DNA of 36,670 bases from a virus. Position 1 is the first letter of the stretch; each line of letters begins with the position of its first letter. Under the pieces are notes generated by a model. It was not told the DNA's origin and did not search any database. It saw nothing but the letters and a program-made list of their open reading frames with translations. Location: the IMG/VR virus record IMGVR_UViG_3300045988_060017, positions 1-36,670 of that record; one strand, 5' to 3'. The translations under genes were made by a program, and so were the position numbers. Below, piece by piece: positions 32,624 to 36,670 of the stretch.

Positions 32624-33628
32624 ATGAAAAAGTTTGAAAAATTACGAATAATCGAGGCAGGAGAAACCAAAAATGCCATAGAGGACAACGGGAAAAGATA
32701 TAAATTAGTCATTTCCGCAAAATGTTTTCCGTCCCTCGTGGCCCTCGGGAACGAACGACCAATTCACGCACGCCGCACACATAACGGCGATGATTTGTTA
32801 GACGGGTATATAGGGCATTTTACCAACTTCTCGCATGATGAAAATGCGGTTTACGCGGATTTAGCAATGTCAGAAGCCCTGGAAACCGCATACCCTTCTG
32901 AATTCGCCTTCATGGTAGCCATGATTGAGAAGGAACCGGAATTGCTAGGCGTATCCGTCAATCAAATGGACGTTAAGGTTTTCGATGAGGAAGCGGAAAC
33001 GGCTACTGTTACAGAGGTGACAGAACTTTTCAGCGCTGATTTGGTAGGGCTTCCCGCCGCGACTAGTTCACTATTTAGCAATAATAATTTTAAAAATTCA
33101 AAGAACATGAGCAAATTTTCATTTAAAGGCCTGATTTCGTCTTTCTCCAAGACGAAGCTAGCGACCGAGACATTTACAACCGTAGACGGAACAGAAATCG
33201 TAGTTTCCGCAGCAGGTGACGAGGTGCAAGTAGGTGACGCCGTTACACTAGCGGACGGAAGCCCGGCGCCGGACGGAGATTACCAAATCACCACGCCGGA
33301 CGGGGATATTATTCTAGTCGTTGAGGGTGGCGTAATTGCGGGAGTCAAAGACATAGAGGTAGAAGAACCGGAAAAACTTGCAGAAGAAACCAAAACCGAG
33401 GAAGAGAAGAAAACGCCCACACCGGAAGAACTTGCAACGTTACAAGCCGAAGTTACCGCTTTGAAAACGGAAATCGCGGGGCTGAAAACCCAGTTAAACC
33501 GCAAAACCGGAACCCCTAGCCCTGCAAAGACCGAGCTAAAGACCGAGAAGAAGCCCAAAGAGGAAACCAAGTTAAGCCGTGAAGCCGTTCAGAAGGCATT
33601 CAAGGAAAACCGTAACAAGTGGCGTTAA
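32624..33628 (+). CDS. Prohead protease-like N-terminal domain fused to a scaffold-like acidic coiled-coil C-terminus (334 aa)
   Basis: ELFSADLVGLPAATSS resembles the C-terminal 'S.V..PA' motif of the S78/U35 protease family. The C-terminal half is acidic and coiled (EELATLQAEVTALKTEIAGLKTQL). It lies directly upstream of the capsid gene. Confidence 0.45.
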   Translation: MKKFEKLRIIEAGETKNAIEDNGKRYKLVISAKCFPSLVALGNERPIHARRTHNGDDLLDGYIGHFTNFSHDENAVYADLAMSEALETAYPSEFAFMVAMIEKEPELLGVSVNQMDVKVFDEEAETATVTEVTELFSADLVGLPAATSSLFSNNNFKNSKNMSKFSFKGLISSFSKTKLATETFTTVDGTEIVVSAAGDEVQVGDAVTLADGSPAPDGDYQITTPDGDIILVVEGGVIAGVKDIEVEEPEKLAEETKTEEEKKTPTPEELATLQAEVTALKTEIAGLKTQLNRKTGTPSPAKTELKTEKKPKEETKLSREAVQKAFKENRNKWR

Positions 33629-33664
33629 TATTAATCATTCATCAAAATTAAAAATTAGAAACTT

Positions 33665-34618
33665 ATGGCATTTACATTTAGTGACTTAAACAAATTGAAC
33701 ATTGACAGTCTGTCAGATGTTATTTCTTTAACGCTAGGTTTGGAAGGTGAACTTTCCACAGGCGTAACGGTGTTATCCGGGATTGAGAAGGGTAAACCTA
33801 TCTTGACCTTTTCGGCAGCAGACAAGGCGGTAAGACGCTCCGCAGGATGCGACAGCGAGTACAAGTACAGTTCTTTGCAGGACAAAGTTAAATATTACGA
33901 CCATGCACAGATAGAATTGCCTATCGTGGTTTGCTTGCAAGATTTATGGGGCAGAATGGTAGCTAAAGGTGTACACTTGTCAGACGAATTCGACCAAACT
34001 CAGTTGGCGGCGTTCATGCAGTCGGAAATTCTGAAAGTGTTGGAAGCCGATATGTTGCGCCTCGTGTGGTTGGACGGCTTGAAAACCTCTGATACCAATG
34101 GAGAATACACCGTATTCAAAAATGGCGGCATCATCAAGCAAATGAACGACTCTACGGAAGAAGTCGGAACGTTCACTCCTACCGATACGGCTAGTGTATT
34201 GGCTACACTAAAATCGTGTATTGACACGCAGCGTGCAGACCAATTGAACACATCAGAATTTTTCGTATCAAGTAACGTTATGCGTGCGTACAAGAATCTC
34301 GTAGAATCCAAAGATAACCATTTGGCACAGGCTAACATGGAGGACGGAAAGCCCGCCTACTATTTTGAAGGATACAAAATCAACGAGTTGCGCCACGTAT
34401 CTAACAGCGCCAAGGGCGATGCATTAACGGTTCAGTCATTTATCGCGTTCACTCCGAAAACCAACATTCAGTTGGCGTTGGAAGATTCCGCATTGAACAT
34501 TGCGCCGTTCATTCAAGATGCGAAAGACCGCAAGTATTACAGTACTACTGTGTTCGCTGCTGATGCTATGTTGGCGGTTCCTCAGTACATGAAATTATAC
34601 ACCGCCGCAGGCGTTTAA
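33665..34618 (+). CDS. Major capsid protein (317 aa)
   Basis: Called from its position after the protease/scaffold gene, its size and an A/T-rich leader of the shared type. No family motif verified by eye. Confidence 0.6.
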   Translation: MAFTFSDLNKLNIDSLSDVISLTLGLEGELSTGVTVLSGIEKGKPILTFSAADKAVRRSAGCDSEYKYSSLQDKVKYYDHAQIELPIVVCLQDLWGRMVAKGVHLSDEFDQTQLAAFMQSEILKVLEADMLRLVWLDGLKTSDTNGEYTVFKNGGIIKQMNDSTEEVGTFTPTDTASVLATLKSCIDTQRADQLNTSEFFVSSNVMRAYKNLVESKDNHLAQANMEDGKPAYYFEGYKINELRHVSNSAKGDALTVQSFIAFTPKTNIQLALEDSALNIAPFIQDAKDRKYYSTTVFAADAMLAVPQYMKLYTAAGV

Positions 34619-34636
34619 TCAACTAAAACAAAAAAT

Positions 34637-35170
34637 ATGGCTTGTATAAAGGCACTAGATAAGGCAATAGCATATAATTGCGAGGTTGGCGCAATAGGTT
34701 TACGGGAATTGTATCTCGTAAACGTCGCCGACATCGATACTATGACCGTATCAGCCGCCAATATTATCACGGCCTTAACATTAAAATCGGGGGCTAAAAC
34801 AGTCCCCGTTGATATAGTTAAAAATGGCGTGAAAGTAACGGAGGCTCTAAAAGCTACGGACGTGTCTAATGGGCTAGACCAAATGCTAACAATTGTATTA
34901 TACAATAAATCGGCGAACAGTACCATAATATTAGACGCACTTATGAACGGAAGGTTTATGGCAGCGGTATCTTATAGAGATTTGACGGCTAGCCGGGCTA
35001 TGCTTGGCACTATGTGCGGTCTAGAAGTATCCGACATTCAGACGGACAGCAGCGCGAACGGGGGATTTACTACAATTACGTTAAAGACACCGGACGACGC
35101 GAAAGGGGAAAAAAGAACCCTACTCGATACGCCCGCATGGACTACAATAGTTAACGCTAAACTTATATAA
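34637..35170 (+). CDS. Virion protein, paralogue 1 of 3 (tail-tube-like?) (177 aa)
   Basis: MACIKALDKAIAYNCEVGAIGLRELYLVN...LMNGRFMAAV...ANGGFTTITLKTPD. It aligns along its length with the next two ORFs. Confidence 0.45.
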   Translation: MACIKALDKAIAYNCEVGAIGLRELYLVNVADIDTMTVSAANIITALTLKSGAKTVPVDIVKNGVKVTEALKATDVSNGLDQMLTIVLYNKSANSTIILDALMNGRFMAAVSYRDLTASRAMLGTMCGLEVSDIQTDSSANGGFTTITLKTPDDAKGEKRTLLDTPAWTTIVNAKLI

Positions 35171-35172
35171 CT

Positions 35173-35703
35173 ATGGGATGTATATCAAAATTAAATAGGG
35201 CTATCTTAGTGGACTGCAATAGCGGCGCCACGGGCATTGAAGAATTGTTGCTAATCAACTATTCCGAGATTGCTACGCGTGACTTGTCGGCTGGGCAAGC
35301 TACGTTAACGCTGTCAAGCGGCGGGAAAGCTATCTTAGTGGAGTCCAATAAGAAGGGCGTTAACGCCTCATCAGAGGCCCGTATTAACGACAATGCGCCC
35401 GCCGGACTTGCTGATACTGTAACCTTTACGATTTACAGTAAGGACCAAAATAGCGCGGATATCGTGAACCGTATCTTAAACGGTCGGTTCGTGGCAGTCG
35501 CTAAGATGAAAGAGAAGAATATATACCGTGTGTACGGGCTAGTGTACGGGCTTAATATGTCCGCCTACACAGAAGAAGCCAATGCAAACGGTGGGTTTAC
35601 AACAATAACGTTAACGACGCCGGAAAACGTGATAGGCGAGCAGCGCGCACACTTCAATCCGACGACATATACGACGTTAAGAACGGGCGCTATTGTAGCG
35701 TAA
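35173..35703 (+). CDS. Virion protein, paralogue 2 of 3 (176 aa)
   Basis: MGCISKLNRAILVDCNSGATGIEELLLIN...ILNGRFVAVA...ANGGFTTITLTTPE. Confidence 0.45.
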   Translation: MGCISKLNRAILVDCNSGATGIEELLLINYSEIATRDLSAGQATLTLSSGGKAILVESNKKGVNASSEARINDNAPAGLADTVTFTIYSKDQNSADIVNRILNGRFVAVAKMKEKNIYRVYGLVYGLNMSAYTEEANANGGFTTITLTTPENVIGEQRAHFNPTTYTTLRTGAIVA

Positions 35704-35714
35704 AGGAGGTAAAT

Positions 35715-36266
35715 ATGGCATGTATTAAGAAATTAGAACAGAACGTCACCTTTGATTGCGCGAAGGCGAAAGAACCTACCTCAATGCGTGGAATAGAGGA
35801 GCTTATATTAATTAATTATTCCGATATTAGCAATTATTCGGTAGATAACGTGGGACTGGCGTCAATCACTATGGCTAAAGGAACTAAAGGTTACGTATTC
35901 ACTAGCGTAAATAACTCCGTATCGGTTAGTATAGCAGCCCGCGTCAATGACGCTATAATTACGGCGGAGGAACACTCCGTTATAATAAAGCTGATTGACA
36001 ATGGAGGTACTGTCGGAGCTAGGGAACTATCAAACTTAATTAATTCTCTTCGTATTGGGACATTTGCGGCGTGTGTAACAACTACGTCCGGTAACAGACT
36101 AGTATACGGTCTTATGTCGGGGCTAGAATGTTCCGAAATTGTAGGGGATTCCACGACGGACGGACTTATTACAATAACACTAAAGACGCCGGATAGCGCA
36201 GGAGGGGATAGAATGCTAGCTATTACCGAAGGCACATATAACGGGCTGAAGACGCCAAAGGTATAA
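35715..36266 (+). CDS. Virion protein, paralogue 3 of 3 (183 aa)
   Basis: MACIKKLEQNVTFDCAKA...MRGIEELILIN...LRIGTFAACV...TDGLITITLKTPD. Confidence 0.45.
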   Translation: MACIKKLEQNVTFDCAKAKEPTSMRGIEELILINYSDISNYSVDNVGLASITMAKGTKGYVFTSVNNSVSVSIAARVNDAIITAEEHSVIIKLIDNGGTVGARELSNLINSLRIGTFAACVTTTSGNRLVYGLMSGLECSEIVGDSTTDGLITITLKTPDSAGGDRMLAITEGTYNGLKTPKV

Positions 36267-36285
36267 CAATTTAAACTAAAATTAA

Positions 36286-36670
36286 ATGACTAAATTAACT
36301 GATATTGGACAGATTTTGGCGCTATGCGCGAAAATGACTAACTTAAAGTTGGAAGTAGTGTGCGGCTTTGATAGACAGTTCGCCACGAAATGGTACGAAA
36401 ATGAGTATCTTACCGGACGCCACGTGCGGTATGTGATGAAACCGGATAAATTCATAGCGTCCGTAGAGGACGGAAAGGTTTACCGGGCATTTAACACTCC
36501 GGATGCCAAGGCGGTTGAACTCATGGAAAGTAATCCGGAATACCGTGATTTCTTTATTGACATGGAGTCCGTTCCTAACACTATTCCGGAACTAGGTGAT
36601 GACCCGTTCACACCGGAACCGGAAGTAACAGAACCGGAAGTAACAGAACCGGAAGTAACAGAACCGGAAG
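36286..36670 (+). CDS. 5' portion of the junction-spanning gene (196 aa in total with 1..206): a globular N-terminal domain followed by PEVTE repeats
   Basis: ATG 36286 follows the leader caatttaaactaaaattaa. There is no stop before the window end, and the frame continues at position 1. Confidence 0.7.
   Translation, partial: MTKLTDIGQILALCAKMTNLKLEVVCGFDRQFATKWYENEYLTGRHVRYVMKPDKFIASVEDGKVYRAFNTPDAKAVELMESNPEYRDFFIDMESVPNTIPELGDDPFTPEPEVTEPEVTEPEVTEPE
36616..36670 (+). repeat. 15-bp coding tandem repeat GAACCGGAAGTAACA, end-of-window part
   Basis: Units lie at 36616-36630, 36631-36645 and 36646-36660. A 10-nt partial unit is completed by positions 1-5. Confidence 0.95.

Overview
The window looks like a complete, circularly closed or circularly permuted, ~36.7-kb genome of a tailed dsDNA phage. 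The last ORF (from 36286) runs off the 3' end and continues in frame at position 1, and one 15-bp coding repeat spans the junction. I call about 60 genes, all on the + strand, tightly packed with ATGA/TAATG start-stop overlaps. Promoter-like sites fit the Bacteroidota type (-33 TTTG / -7 TAnnTTTG). Gene starts have A/T-rich leaders instead of Shine-Dalgarno sites, and one tail protein carries BACON-like modules, so a Bacteroidota (probably Bacteroidales) host is likely. The genome splits into two arcs. (1) An early/replication arc, 3864-19417: HTH protein, Cas4-like PD-(D/E)XK nuclease, DUF2815-like SSB, family A DNA polymerase, AEP primase fused to an SF3 (VirE/D5-like) helicase, VRR-NUC, SNF2 helicase, C5-cytosine methyltransferase and many small ORFans. 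(2) A late arc, 20193-36670 plus 1-3212: TerS, TerL, beta-helix fibre, BACON-like protein, baseplate-like protein, tape-measure-like protein, protease/scaffold, capsid, three tandem paralogues, portal, connector, holin, M15 endolysin and a spanin-like protein. I saw no integrase, repressor, tRNA, CRISPR array or reverse transcriptase. The most unusual feature is non-coding. The two arcs are separated by two mosaic ~350-bp direct-repeat modules (3221-3570 and 19691-20060). Each carries 6-7 copies of a (C/T)ATCTGTGACAC-type iteron around an AT-rich core, plus a hairpin with one compensatory base-pair change between the copies. The second module is preceded by a separate cluster of TTTGAGAGAAAAG iterons (19421-19672). 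Also notable are a reused early promoter/leader cassette, a candidate small RNA unit, two PE-rich coding minisatellites, three tandem Cys-pair paralogues after the capsid gene, and a pair of zinc-ribbon paralogues flanking the SNF2-methyltransferase pair. All functional calls rest on motifs read by eye and on synteny; no database search was possible.
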